Assembly (NCBI GenBank): GCA_029547025.1
Contig: JAKPQA010000085.1
Coordinates: forward strand, 6,585 to 70,584
Reading direction: 5' to 3'
DNA: 64,000 nt
Origin: Armatimonadota bacterium
GTDB taxonomy: Bacteria > Armatimonadota > Zipacnadia > UBA1398 > JAKPQA01
A model generated the notes under the pieces. The model saw only the letters and a list, made by a program, of their open reading frames with translations, was not told where the DNA came from and did not search any database. Position 1 is the first letter of the stretch; each line of letters opens with the position of its first letter. Shown piece after piece: positions 29,697 through 38,716 of the stretch. The translations under genes were made by a program, and so were the position numbers.

Positions 29697-32018
29697 ATGC
29701 GGGGGCGTGACTGCACCATGGACACCACTGTGGGGTCGCCTGTGCCGAAGCGTGCGGGCCGGCTGATCTGGTTCCAGGCTGCCGGCGCTGTCGTGACCAG
29801 CATGGGCGCGTTCCTGGTACTGTGTCTGTGTGTGATCATCCCCTCGATGCGCGCCAGTCTGATCGACGGCAAGCGCGAAGCGATTGCAGACCACACCTCG
29901 GTGGCCGTGGCGATCCTGGCAGAGTCCTATGCCAAGGAGCGCGCTGGCAAAGCAACACGAGAGGAAGCTCAGCGCGATGCCCTCCGTGTTCTTCGAGGCT
30001 TACGGTACGGGGTCGACGGCAAGGACTATTTCTGGGTGAACAACCTCGAGCCCCGGGTGTTGATGCATCCCTATCGCACGGACCTCGAAGGCCAGTATGT
30101 AGGGGATTTCGTCGATCCCGCAGGCTGCTACGTGTTCCGAGAGGCAGCGGACACGGCCCGCAGGAGTGGCCAGGGCTTCATGGAGTACCACTGGCAGTGG
30201 ATGGATGATCCCCAACAGATCCGGCCCAAAGTGTCCCATGTGCGGTGGTTCGAGCCTTGGGGTTGGGTCGTGGGCACCGGCGTCTATCTTACCGACGTCG
30301 ACCGGCAGGCGAGCGCGCTGATGCGGCGCACCGTCGAGGCATCCGTGGTCGTCGGCTGTGTGCTTCTGCTGCTGTCGGGCCACCTGGCCCTGCTCGCGAC
30401 CGGCCGCGAACGCAAACGTACCGAGATGGAGGCAGCTCTGGTTCAGTCCGAGCGCCGGCTCGGTGAGATCGTCGCGTCCATCCCCGACGCGGTGGTGGTA
30501 AGCGACGCCAACCGGCGCGTGGTGACGTGGAACCGGGCCGCCGAGGAGATGACTGGAGTCGCGGCCACCGAGATCATCGGACAGCCCATCGAGCGGGTGG
30601 CCGTGGCCCTCTACGGTGAGCCGCGCCGCCTGCTGCTGGACGTGGCATGCGGCGACCCGATGGACGAGATCGGCGAGTGGGCCCATGTGCGCCAAGAGGG
30701 AGACCGCGTCGAGGGCTACGCGCGCTGCACGGGCTTGCCGAACGGCCCGCGGTGGCTCTACGCTGCGGCCTGTCCGTTGCGCGGAACCGACGGGGAGATC
30801 ACCGGGGCGATTGAGACGCTTCGGGATGTCACCGCCTGGCGGGAAGTGGAACGCGAGCGGAACGAGCTTCAGCATCAGCTCGACCGGGCCCAGAAGATGG
30901 ATGTCATGGGGCGATTGGCCGGTGGCGTCGCGCACGACTTCAACAACCTGCTGTGCCCAATCCTGGGCTGGGCGGAGCTGATCGCGCTGGACCCGGAGGC
31001 GTCCACCGTCTGCCGGGAGAGCGCGGCCCGGATCGCGGCCACGGCCGAGCGGGCGGCTGAGCTCACGCGCAAGCTTCTGGCCTTCGGCCGGCAGCAGGCG
31101 TTCGAGCGCGTTCCTCTGGACCTGAACCAGGTGGTCTCCGGGTTCGAGCCCATTATGCGCAGCGCGCTCCGGGAGGACACCGAGCTGTCCATCGTCCAGG
31201 ACCCGGGTCTCTGGCCGATACGGGGCAACGCGGGGCAGCTCGAACAGGTGCTGATGAACCTGATCGTAAACGCCCGTGACGCCATGCCCGGGGGCGGCAC
31301 GGTCCGTGTGACGACATCCAACCGGACGATCGGCGCGGAAGACCCCATGATCGGGCAGCGCATTGAGCCCGGCAGCTACGTCTGCCTGTCTGTCGAAGAC
31401 ACGGGCATCGGGATGGATGCGCAGACTCTCGAGAGGGCCTTCGAGCCGTTCTTCAGCACCAAGCCCTCGGGTCAGGGGACCGGCCTGGGCCTGGCGTCGG
31501 TGTACGGGATCGTCCGGGAACACGGCGGCCGTGTATGGGTGTACAGCGAGCCCGGCCATGGGACGACGTTCCGCATCCTGCTGCCTCGCACTACCCCAGC
31601 GGAGACCGTAGGGCCCGGCACTGAACTATCCGCCGTCAGTCTGACGGGTCACGAGACGGTGCTTGTGGTCGAGGATGAGGACACGGTTCGCGAGCTGGTT
31701 ACCGAGGTCCTGGCCATGTATGGGTACACGGTGTTGCCTGCCTCGAACGGGGTCGAGGCACTTGATCTGCTGCAGAGGGGCAACCATGTGGCCGACCTGG
31801 TGCTCACCGACGTGGTGATGCCGCTCATGAGCGGGCGGCAGCTGCGGGATCGCCTGGCGGAGGCCCAGCCGGACCTGCGCGTCGTGTTCATGTCCGGGTA
31901 TGCAGCCGATCTCACCGACGCGGCGATGGCGGGCCCAGGCGGCAGGCACCGTCTTCTCCTCAAGCCGTTCTCGACCACCGAGTTGCTGCGCGCCGTCCGC
32001 CAGAGCCTCGACGAGTAG
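29697..32018 (+). CDS. hybrid sensor histidine kinase/response regulator (TM-Cache-like periplasmic domain-TM-PAS-HisKA-HATPase-REC)
   Basis: There are two TM segments flanking a Cache-like region (YFWVNNLEPRVLMHPYRTDLEG). A PAS domain, an H-box GGVAHDFNNLL, a HATPase domain (NARDAM, GTGLGLASV) and a C-terminal receiver (LVVEDED...DLVLTDVVMP...LKPF) follow. An alternative start lies at ATG 29718. Confidence 0.75.
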   Translation: MRGRDCTMDTTVGSPVPKRAGRLIWFQAAGAVVTSMGAFLVLCLCVIIPSMRASLIDGKREAIADHTSVAVAILAESYAKERAGKATREEAQRDALRVLRGLRYGVDGKDYFWVNNLEPRVLMHPYRTDLEGQYVGDFVDPAGCYVFREAADTARRSGQGFMEYHWQWMDDPQQIRPKVSHVRWFEPWGWVVGTGVYLTDVDRQASALMRRTVEASVVVGCVLLLLSGHLALLATGRERKRTEMEAALVQSERRLGEIVASIPDAVVVSDANRRVVTWNRAAEEMTGVAATEIIGQPIERVAVALYGEPRRLLLDVACGDPMDEIGEWAHVRQEGDRVEGYARCTGLPNGPRWLYAAACPLRGTDGEITGAIETLRDVTAWREVERERNELQHQLDRAQKMDVMGRLAGGVAHDFNNLLCPILGWAELIALDPEASTVCRESAARIAATAERAAELTRKLLAFGRQQAFERVPLDLNQVVSGFEPIMRSALREDTELSIVQDPGLWPIRGNAGQLEQVLMNLIVNARDAMPGGGTVRVTTSNRTIGAEDPMIGQRIEPGSYVCLSVEDTGIGMDAQTLERAFEPFFSTKPSGQGTGLGLASVYGIVREHGGRVWVYSEPGHGTTFRILLPRTTPAETVGPGTELSAVSLTGHETVLVVEDEDTVRELVTEVLAMYGYTVLPASNGVEALDLLQRGNHVADLVLTDVVMPLMSGRQLRDRLAEAQPDLRVVFMSGYAADLTDAAMAGPGGRHRLLLKPFSTTELLRAVRQSLDE

Positions 32019-32130
32019 GAACAGGGACTCGACTCCCCGAACCTGTCCCGATCGAGCGCTTGGGGCACCCGTTGGCCGCCCCCGCCGGGATGCCGGGGGA
32101 CGCGCTACGGTCCGAAGGGGGCGAAATCGC

Positions 32131-33162
32131 GTGCTTGCCGCCGTTCTCGAGGACTTCGGCCGCCTCGAGTTGAGGGAAGTGCCCGCGCCGGAGCCGGAGC
32201 CCGGCGAGGTCGTGGTCCGGATCCACTCATGCGGCTTCTGTGCGACCGACTACAAGGCCATTCGAGGACTCCGCCGCAATGTGACCTTCCCCTTCATCCC
32301 TGGACACGAACCTGCGGGCGTGGTCTCGGCGGTGGGGACGGGAGTGACGGGGTTCGCGGAGGGCGACGAGGTCATCATCATGCCCTCGGGCTACTGTGGC
32401 GTGTGCTCGCAGTGCCGGGTGGGGCGCACACACTACTGCGAGCGGTGCTTCACGACGGGGGGCGATGGCCCCGACGATGTGCGTCCGGGTGCGTTCGCGG
32501 AGTACATGAAGACCAGCGCCACCTGCTTGTTCCGGAAACCCGCTGGTGTCCCGTTCGACACGGCGGCCCTGACGGAACCACTCTCGGGGGCGTGGAAGGG
32601 GATGATCCAGTACAGCGAGATGACCGTTGGTGACGACGTCGTCGTCATCGGCGTGGGCGGCATCGGCCTCCTGTGCCTGATGGTCGCCCGAGCAGCGGGC
32701 GCGGGCCGTCTGATCGCCATCGACCCCAGCGCGTATGCCCGCACCAATGCCCTCGCCCTGGGTGCGACGCACGCGGTGGATCCTTCGGCCGGTGATGCCA
32801 GGGAGCAGGTACACGGGATTCTGCCCGAGGGGCCAGACCTGGTGGTGGAAGCGGCGGGCCCGATTGAGGCCGTGCGACTTATGGTTGACCTGCGGCGGCG
32901 CGGCACGCGCTGGAACGTCTTTGGGATCACCACCCACGAGTCGTTCGAGCTCGATGGAGGCCTCACCCATTTCCTCGAGGGGCGCATGGATGCCAGTTTC
33001 GGTACCACGCCCCTGGCGATGCAGAAGGCCATCCGGCTCATGGAGACGGGCCTGGTGGATCCCGGCAACATCATCTCGCACCGTTTCCCCCTCTCGGCCA
33101 TCCACGACGCCGTCGACACCATGGGCCAGCCCGAGCGGAACAAGGTGATCATCAATCCATGA
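32131..33162 (+). CDS. zinc-dependent alcohol/polyol dehydrogenase (MDR family)
   Basis: A GTG start is preceded by AAGGGGG. Catalytic Zn ligands (CGFCATD...GHE) and the structural Zn motif CGVCSQCRVGRTHYC are present, plus a GxGxxG-like motif VIGVGGIG. Confidence 0.75.
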   Translation: MLAAVLEDFGRLELREVPAPEPEPGEVVVRIHSCGFCATDYKAIRGLRRNVTFPFIPGHEPAGVVSAVGTGVTGFAEGDEVIIMPSGYCGVCSQCRVGRTHYCERCFTTGGDGPDDVRPGAFAEYMKTSATCLFRKPAGVPFDTAALTEPLSGAWKGMIQYSEMTVGDDVVVIGVGGIGLLCLMVARAAGAGRLIAIDPSAYARTNALALGATHAVDPSAGDAREQVHGILPEGPDLVVEAAGPIEAVRLMVDLRRRGTRWNVFGITTHESFELDGGLTHFLEGRMDASFGTTPLAMQKAIRLMETGLVDPGNIISHRFPLSAIHDAVDTMGQPERNKVIINP

Positions 33163-34151
33163 GGGCCATCGTGAACACGGGGCCGGGCACACTCGACTGG
33201 CTCGAGTGGCCCGACCCAACATGCGGACCCGGGCAGGTCAGGATCCGAGTTCACGCCTGCGGTATCTGCGCCACCGACCTCGAGATGATCCGTGGCTGGG
33301 AGCGTACCGGCTACCCTTCGATCCCGGGTCACGAGTGGTCGGGGGTGATCGACCAGGTGGGCAACGGCGTCGATCCTCAGCTGGTCGGACGGCCGTGTGT
33401 GGCGGAGAACGTGTTGGCGGACGGTGGCGAGGTCGGCTTCGAGCATCCGGGCGGCTATGCCGAGTACCTTGTGACCGAGGCGGCCAATACGCAGGTGCTA
33501 CCCGAGACGTTCGACGCCGGCTCTGCGGCCCTCATCGAGCCGTTGGCCGTGTGCGTCCGCGCCATGCGACGCGCCCGGTGCATGCCTCTGCGGCCAGACG
33601 GGCCCGCGGAGCTCCCCCCTCGGTGCCTGGTACTGGGCGATGGCCCGATCGGCCTGCTGACGGTGATGCTGCTGCGGCGATGTGGGACCCCGGACATCAC
33701 GATGGTGGGCGGACGCCCGGCACGGCTGAATCTGGCCCGGGAGTTCGGCGCTGCCGACACCCTGAACTACCACGAGCTGCATGGCGAACTGAAGGAGGCA
33801 CTGGGTCGGGACTGGCCGATGGTGGTCGAGGCCTCGGGCTCCGCCAGTTCGATCGAGGCAGCGCTGCTCGTGACCCGTTTGGGCGGGAGGGTGCTCATGG
33901 TCGGCGACTACGGTGACGCCCGCGCCGCCTTCCGCTGGAATCGGTTCATCCACGGCGAACTCGAGCTGATCGGCAGCAACGCCAGTGCTGGCGCCTGGCC
34001 CGAGGCGGTCCGGCTCGCCGTCGATGAGGGGTTGCCACTGGGCCGCCTGATCTCCGCCCGCGTCGCGGCGGCGCGTTTCGCAGACGCCATCGGCATGGCC
34101 GAGGCCGACCGCGCGTGCGTCAAGGTCATTCTCGACTGGACGGCAGCCTGA
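33159..34151 (+). CDS. zinc-dependent alcohol/polyol dehydrogenase (MDR family), second tandem copy
   Basis: ATGA start/stop overlap with the previous gene. CGICATD...GHE motifs and an LGDGPIGLL nucleotide-binding motif are present. It lacks the structural-Zn Cys cluster. Confidence 0.75.
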   Translation: MRAIVNTGPGTLDWLEWPDPTCGPGQVRIRVHACGICATDLEMIRGWERTGYPSIPGHEWSGVIDQVGNGVDPQLVGRPCVAENVLADGGEVGFEHPGGYAEYLVTEAANTQVLPETFDAGSAALIEPLAVCVRAMRRARCMPLRPDGPAELPPRCLVLGDGPIGLLTVMLLRRCGTPDITMVGGRPARLNLAREFGAADTLNYHELHGELKEALGRDWPMVVEASGSASSIEAALLVTRLGGRVLMVGDYGDARAAFRWNRFIHGELELIGSNASAGAWPEAVRLAVDEGLPLGRLISARVAAARFADAIGMAEADRACVKVILDWTAA

Positions 34152-34226
34152 GGCTCGCCCCCATGCGTGGAGGTGTCTGGCCGTACCGGCGCTCACGGGC
34201 CAAGCATTCGCGCGGCAGGGACTGGT

Positions 34227-34272
34227 CGGCGGGTTCACCAGCCGCCCCGGGCCCGGCGGGTTCATCAGCCGC
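34227..34272. repeat. direct repeat CGGCGGGTTCAYCAGCCGC x2 in convergent intergenic region
   Basis: The two 19-20 nt copies (34227-34246 and 34253-34272) differ at one position. A related copy sits at 39351-39369. Confidence 0.45.
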
Positions 34273-34292
34273 TGCGCCTCTGGGCGCCACCG

Positions 34293-35681
34293 TCAGTCGC
34301 GCCGAACCAAGCGCAACGCGATGTCCTCCTCGTACGCGGGAGAGGATAGCGCCAACTCGCCACCCGGGTGGTCCAGCTCCGGTCCCCGGATAGTCTCCCC
34401 GGTTCTGGGATTGACCCACTCGGCCACATAGCGCCCTGTGGGGGCCTCCAGGCGAATGCCCACCTGGGTGCCGCCCTCGACGTACACCGCGAAGGCCCGG
34501 CCTGGCTCAACGAGGGCGCGGCACGAGACGCCCCCGGTGCTCGAGCGGACCGTGTCAGTCGACGGGGCCATCCGCACGAAGTCGAAGCTCTCGATGAAGC
34601 GCTTGAGGACCCCCATCTGGTGACGGAATGCCCGCCCGCCCCCGCCCGGCTGCCCCTCGGGCAGCGGGAAGGTCCCGTCCTCATGCTGGGCGGTGAAGGA
34701 GTAGTCCAGGTGGTCGAACACCGCCCCACCGGCCATAAGGAAGTGCCAAGCCTCGGCGCGGTATGGCCGATCGGCGGTGCCCCGGAAACCGGTCTCGTCG
34801 TCAGCGATGACGCGTCCCAGATGATAGTTCCGCGTCACAGCGTCCGGCGGCGCCGCGTAGTGGAAGTTCAGGATGGAGATGGCGGGGTGCGGTGTGTCGA
34901 CGAGGGCAGATCCGTTCGCGATGTTCTGGGCGATCAGGTGCCGATGAGGGCGCGCGGTTTCGGCCTCCCAGATCACATCGGCGATGCGGTGCTGCCACGG
35001 AAGGGTCACGCCTCCGAAATAGGGCTCGTTGCAGATCTCATAGTAGACGTTGTCGAAACCGGCCAGCTCATGGACGATGCGGCGCACCATGGCTTCCTGA
35101 ACGCGCTGGAGACCCGAGTCGCGCAGGGTGTAGACCTCCTCACGTGCCATGTCCCCGACACCGTTGACGTTGTTCGTCGCCTTCAGGGGACTCAGATCCC
35201 ACTGCTCGTCACCGTAGAACGGACAGAACAACACCAGTTCGACCACAATGCCCCGCTCACCGGCTTGGCGGCAGAAGTCAGTCAGGCGAGAGAAGTAGGC
35301 CGCGTCCCATGCCTCCAGGTCGAACTTGTTGCCGCCCCCCGCATAGCCCGGCTGGTCGCTGCGAGCCCAGGGAGTGATCAGGCGGCCTTCGGCCGGGGCC
35401 AGCGTGTTCTCGCGGATGCCGAAAGCCCCGTGATGCTCCATGTAGGCCCCCGAGAACGTGCGGGTCAGGTTGAGCCCCTCGCGACGCAGCTCGTCCAGAT
35501 AGGGCACGTAATCGAAGTCGAGGTTCAGCACCGCGCCGTAGTGTTCACCTGACGTGACCAACACGGAGGGCTCGCCCCGGAAGAGGAAGTAATGTGGGTT
35601 GTCCGGATGGAGACAGATGGGCGCGCTCAAGGCCGAGACGGGGCCCAGAGCGGCCAGGAGGACTGCGGGAGCAGTGGCCAT
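34293..35681 (-). CDS. secreted GH5-like (clan GH-A) glycoside hydrolase
   Basis: Signal peptide MATAPAVLLAALGPVSALSA. The catalytic acid/base block YYEICNEPYFGG is the NEP motif of GH5/clan A. The start was set at Met26. Confidence 0.6.
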   Translation of the reverse strand: MATAPAVLLAALGPVSALSAPICLHPDNPHYFLFRGEPSVLVTSGEHYGAVLNLDFDYVPYLDELRREGLNLTRTFSGAYMEHHGAFGIRENTLAPAEGRLITPWARSDQPGYAGGGNKFDLEAWDAAYFSRLTDFCRQAGERGIVVELVLFCPFYGDEQWDLSPLKATNNVNGVGDMAREEVYTLRDSGLQRVQEAMVRRIVHELAGFDNVYYEICNEPYFGGVTLPWQHRIADVIWEAETARPHRHLIAQNIANGSALVDTPHPAISILNFHYAAPPDAVTRNYHLGRVIADDETGFRGTADRPYRAEAWHFLMAGGAVFDHLDYSFTAQHEDGTFPLPEGQPGGGGRAFRHQMGVLKRFIESFDFVRMAPSTDTVRSSTGGVSCRALVEPGRAFAVYVEGGTQVGIRLEAPTGRYVAEWVNPRTGETIRGPELDHPGGELALSSPAYEEDIALRLVRRD

Positions 35682-35806
35682 CGCGTGGTCCCTCCGTACC
35701 GGGTGGTGCGGCATCGGCCGCTGGCCAGGTGGCTGGGCTCGTTCGCCGCGGGCCACTGGACACCTGCGCGTTGCTGCCGAGCCAGACCGCGGATGAGGTG
35801 CACGCC

Positions 35807-37240
35807 ATGTGCGGAGAAGGCCATAGGCTGGCCGGCGGCGCGATGCTCACTGATCGCGAGCTCGAGGGTGTTCTCGACTTGGCTCTCGATGTGATCTCGC
35901 GGATCGGCCTGGAGATCCATGACCATGAACTCCGCGAGGTGGCGGCACGCGGGCTCGGGGTGCCCAACGGCCCTCGGCTCACGGCCACCCGCAGTCAGGC
36001 AGAAGCGTACCTGGCCTCGTGGCGCCGGCGTGTGGACATGAGGAAGTCGACCGAGGCGACCGGAACCGCCGGCGAAGCGCCACGCCTCGGGCTGGGCGTG
36101 ATGCCCTACAGCCACACGTATCTGGACCCCCGTACGAACCGCCACGTCCCGCTCACCGGGGTGCGACTCATCGAGGCCACCCGCTTCCTGTCCACGTTTC
36201 CCGGCGACCAGCTTACCTCGTCGGTACCTGGGCACCCCGTCGATGTACCGGCTGCGTTGCAGTCGCTCTTCCAGTACAAGACGGGAGCCCAGTACAACCC
36301 TCAGGGCGGCGGGTACGGCTGGCTCGGTCCCCCAAGAGTTGCCGAGTATGTGCTGCGCATGGCCGAGGAGGTGGGGCACCCGATCACCGCCACAGTAGTC
36401 TACGTCGACTCCCCGCTGCGACTCGGAGGCCACGAGCTTCGCACGGCGTATGAGCTGCGGCACCGTTTCGCCGAGGTGCATGTCGGGAACATGGGGAGCT
36501 GTGGCGCGACGCTCCCGCTCCACCCGCGAACGGCCCTCGCCCTCTCGTGGGCAGAAGCCATACTCGCGGGCCTCTGCGTCGAGTTCCTGACCGGATTGCC
36601 GACCGACTGGGGAGGAACGCTCGAGCCATTTGACCTTCGTGCGCAGACGATCCCCTTCGGCGCGCCGGAGCAGGCCCTGTACTACCAGATGGGACGGGAA
36701 GCCTCAGCTTGGCTGACCGGCAATAGGCCGCACGCCGGCCATGCGCCCCTGCTCACCATGGCGAAAGTGCCGGGCGCGCAGGCGGCGCTCGAGAAGGGCA
36801 TGTCGGCCGCTCTTGGTGTCGCCCGGGGCTGCACCTCACTGGGCGCCGCGGGTAGTCTGAGTGCGGACGAGGTATTCAGTCCGGCTCAGGTGGTCCTCGA
36901 TCTGGAGCTTCGCGACTGGCTGGAGCGGTTCGCGGCCGGCATTTGCCGGCCTGAGGACGAGCCCGCGGACCCGCTCAAGGCCATCCGCGAGGCATTGTCC
37001 GGCCGAGGGTTCGCCGCGGCTGACGCGACACTCGACAGCTATGCGGCGCTATCGTGGTTCCCCCGACACCTGCGCCGTGAGATGCTGGACCGGTGGCGGG
37101 ACCTCGGTTCGCCTTCGGCAGAGGAAACGGCGCGGGAGGAAGCCATCGAGCGGATCGAAGGGGCCCAATGGACACTCCCGGAGCCGCTGTTTGGGGCGCT
37201 CGAAGCCATCTATGCCGAGGCGGCCGCGTGTCTCGGGTAA
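35807..37240 (+). CDS. MttB-superfamily (trimethylamine-methyltransferase-like) protein without in-frame amber codon
   Basis: The N-terminal pattern LTDRELEGVLDLALDVISRIGLEIHDHELREVAARGLGV is typical of MttB/MtgB-family starts. The ORF is uninterrupted, so pyrrolysine is not used. An alternative start lies at ATG 35843. Confidence 0.5.
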   Translation: MCGEGHRLAGGAMLTDRELEGVLDLALDVISRIGLEIHDHELREVAARGLGVPNGPRLTATRSQAEAYLASWRRRVDMRKSTEATGTAGEAPRLGLGVMPYSHTYLDPRTNRHVPLTGVRLIEATRFLSTFPGDQLTSSVPGHPVDVPAALQSLFQYKTGAQYNPQGGGYGWLGPPRVAEYVLRMAEEVGHPITATVVYVDSPLRLGGHELRTAYELRHRFAEVHVGNMGSCGATLPLHPRTALALSWAEAILAGLCVEFLTGLPTDWGGTLEPFDLRAQTIPFGAPEQALYYQMGREASAWLTGNRPHAGHAPLLTMAKVPGAQAALEKGMSAALGVARGCTSLGAAGSLSADEVFSPAQVVLDLELRDWLERFAAGICRPEDEPADPLKAIREALSGRGFAAADATLDSYAALSWFPRHLRREMLDRWRDLGSPSAEETAREEAIERIEGAQWTLPEPLFGALEAIYAEAAACLG

Positions 37241-37409
37241 GGCGGCGCCGCCGTCCCCAAGGCGGAACCTGTCTGCGCAGAGGAGAGCGGCGCCGGGTCC
37301 CCGAATGCCTTGATGGGGTGAACGTCTCGACCCCGATGGTCACCCGCCGTGCCGCTGATCCCTCCCGGGCGCGGGTGGCGAGGCTTCCGGGCTCAGGAGG
37401 TTGGCGAGC

Positions 37410-38081
37410 ATGCGTCTCAGCAAGGGAGCCATAGTGGCTCTCATCGTCGGGCTGGTCGTCGTGGTTCTCGTGACCTACTTCACTGCCGAGATTCAGAACT
37501 TCGTGGCACTGAAGGCGTGGAGCAAAGGGGCGACGCGGGCAGTAGCGGCTCGGGTCGTCGACGCGATCCAGAACCGGGATGCGGCAGCCATCCAGGAGTT
37601 CTGCGGAGGCCCCGTGAAGCCGACGGAGGCCGACGGCAAACTGGTGGCGCTCGGTATCACCGGTGGCATGGCGCCCCCGCCCGTCCCGGTCGAGAACCTG
37701 ACACCGGTCGAGGGCGTCGACAAGGCACGGATCGCGTTCCAGATTCGTCCGCCCCACGGCACCGCCACAGTTACGATGGCGGGACCGAACGGCAGCCAGA
37801 TCGTGCTGACCCTCAAGCCCGAGAAGGGGAAGTGGAATCTCGTGATGGTCTCCTCCTCGGTCCGGGCCCAGAATGCAGCCGCGGGGAAGACGGTGGGGCC
37901 CGGCGCGCAGAAGGGTGCCGGGAAGGCGCCGGGCGGTTCCGGAGGCCCCGGAGGCACGAGCAAGGGAGCCGGAGCCAAAGGACTGGGATCCAAGGGCCCC
38001 GGGGCTATCGGCTCTCCCGTGGGCGGCGGGAGCCCCAAAGGCGTACCCCGTGCGGCGCCCACCGAGGCGCCCGCGACATAG
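37410..38081 (+). CDS. small type-II membrane-anchored protein, paralog 1 of tandem triplet (conserved core + long G/P/K/S-rich tail)
   Basis: ATG 37410 is preceded by AGGAGG at -9. MRLSKGA plus a single TM helix, then the conserved core (EIQNFVALKAWS...GMAPPPVPVE...KGKWNLV). The C-terminal ~70 aa is low-complexity. Confidence 0.55.
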   Translation: MRLSKGAIVALIVGLVVVVLVTYFTAEIQNFVALKAWSKGATRAVAARVVDAIQNRDAAAIQEFCGGPVKPTEADGKLVALGITGGMAPPPVPVENLTPVEGVDKARIAFQIRPPHGTATVTMAGPNGSQIVLTLKPEKGKWNLVMVSSSVRAQNAAAGKTVGPGAQKGAGKAPGGSGGPGGTSKGAGAKGLGSKGPGAIGSPVGGGSPKGVPRAAPTEAPAT

Positions 38082-38142
38082 CTAGCTGGGGGCCGAACAG
38101 TCCATGTGAGGTTCTCCATTCCCATACCCGAAGGGTGATCCC

Positions 38143-38685
38143 ATGCGCATCAGCAAGGGCGCCGTCGCGGTTCTTGTGATCGGCATCGTGGCGGTGATTC
38201 TGGGCACGTACTTCGCCGGTGAGATCCAGAACTTCGTGGCCCTGCGCGCATGGAGCACCGGGGCCGCACGCGCCGCCGCCGGCCGACTGGTTGAGGCGAT
38301 GAAGAACCGGGACCTCGAGACGGTCAAGGGCTTGTGCGGTCCGGATGTCAAAGTGGGGGAAGCCGAAGGCCAGCTTACGGGTATCGGACAGGCTGGACCC
38401 ATGGCGCCGCCACCGATTCCCATCGACCTGCTGCTCCCGAGTGAGAGTGTGGATCAGGCCACGATATCCTTCGACATTCCGCCGCCCCGGGGCACGGCAC
38501 TGGTCACCATCGCTGGGCCCGAGGGACGGACGATCAAGTACCACCTGAAGCCCACCAAGGGCAAGTGGCTGCTCGTGGGCGTCAGCTCTGCGATGACCGG
38601 CACCGCGGGGGGCGGAGCCAGCGCGGCTTCTACCGGCCCCAAGTCGTCGCCAAACAGCAAGAGCAACCCGCGGCCCGGATCGTGA
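38143..38685 (+). CDS. small type-II membrane-anchored protein, paralog 2 of tandem triplet
   Basis: It starts MRISKGA followed by a TM helix. By eye it is about two-thirds identical to paralog 1 over the first ~45 aa, and it conserves C, GPMAPPPIPI and KGKWLLVGV. Confidence 0.55.
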   Translation: MRISKGAVAVLVIGIVAVILGTYFAGEIQNFVALRAWSTGAARAAAGRLVEAMKNRDLETVKGLCGPDVKVGEAEGQLTGIGQAGPMAPPPIPIDLLLPSESVDQATISFDIPPPRGTALVTIAGPEGRTIKYHLKPTKGKWLLVGVSSAMTGTAGGGASAASTGPKSSPNSKSNPRPGS

Positions 38686-38716
38686 CACCGTCCGCGCGCA
38701 ACGGGAGATGAGTCGG

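Noticed and set aside
34152-34292. Rho-independent terminator in the ADH/GH5 convergent spacer.
   Set aside because: It has inverted GC-rich segments but no convincing stem followed by a U-tract. It is reported only as a direct-repeat motif.
35807-37240. Pyrrolysine (in-frame UAG) in the MttB-family gene.
   Set aside because: The frame is uninterrupted by any stop, so no amber read-through is needed.
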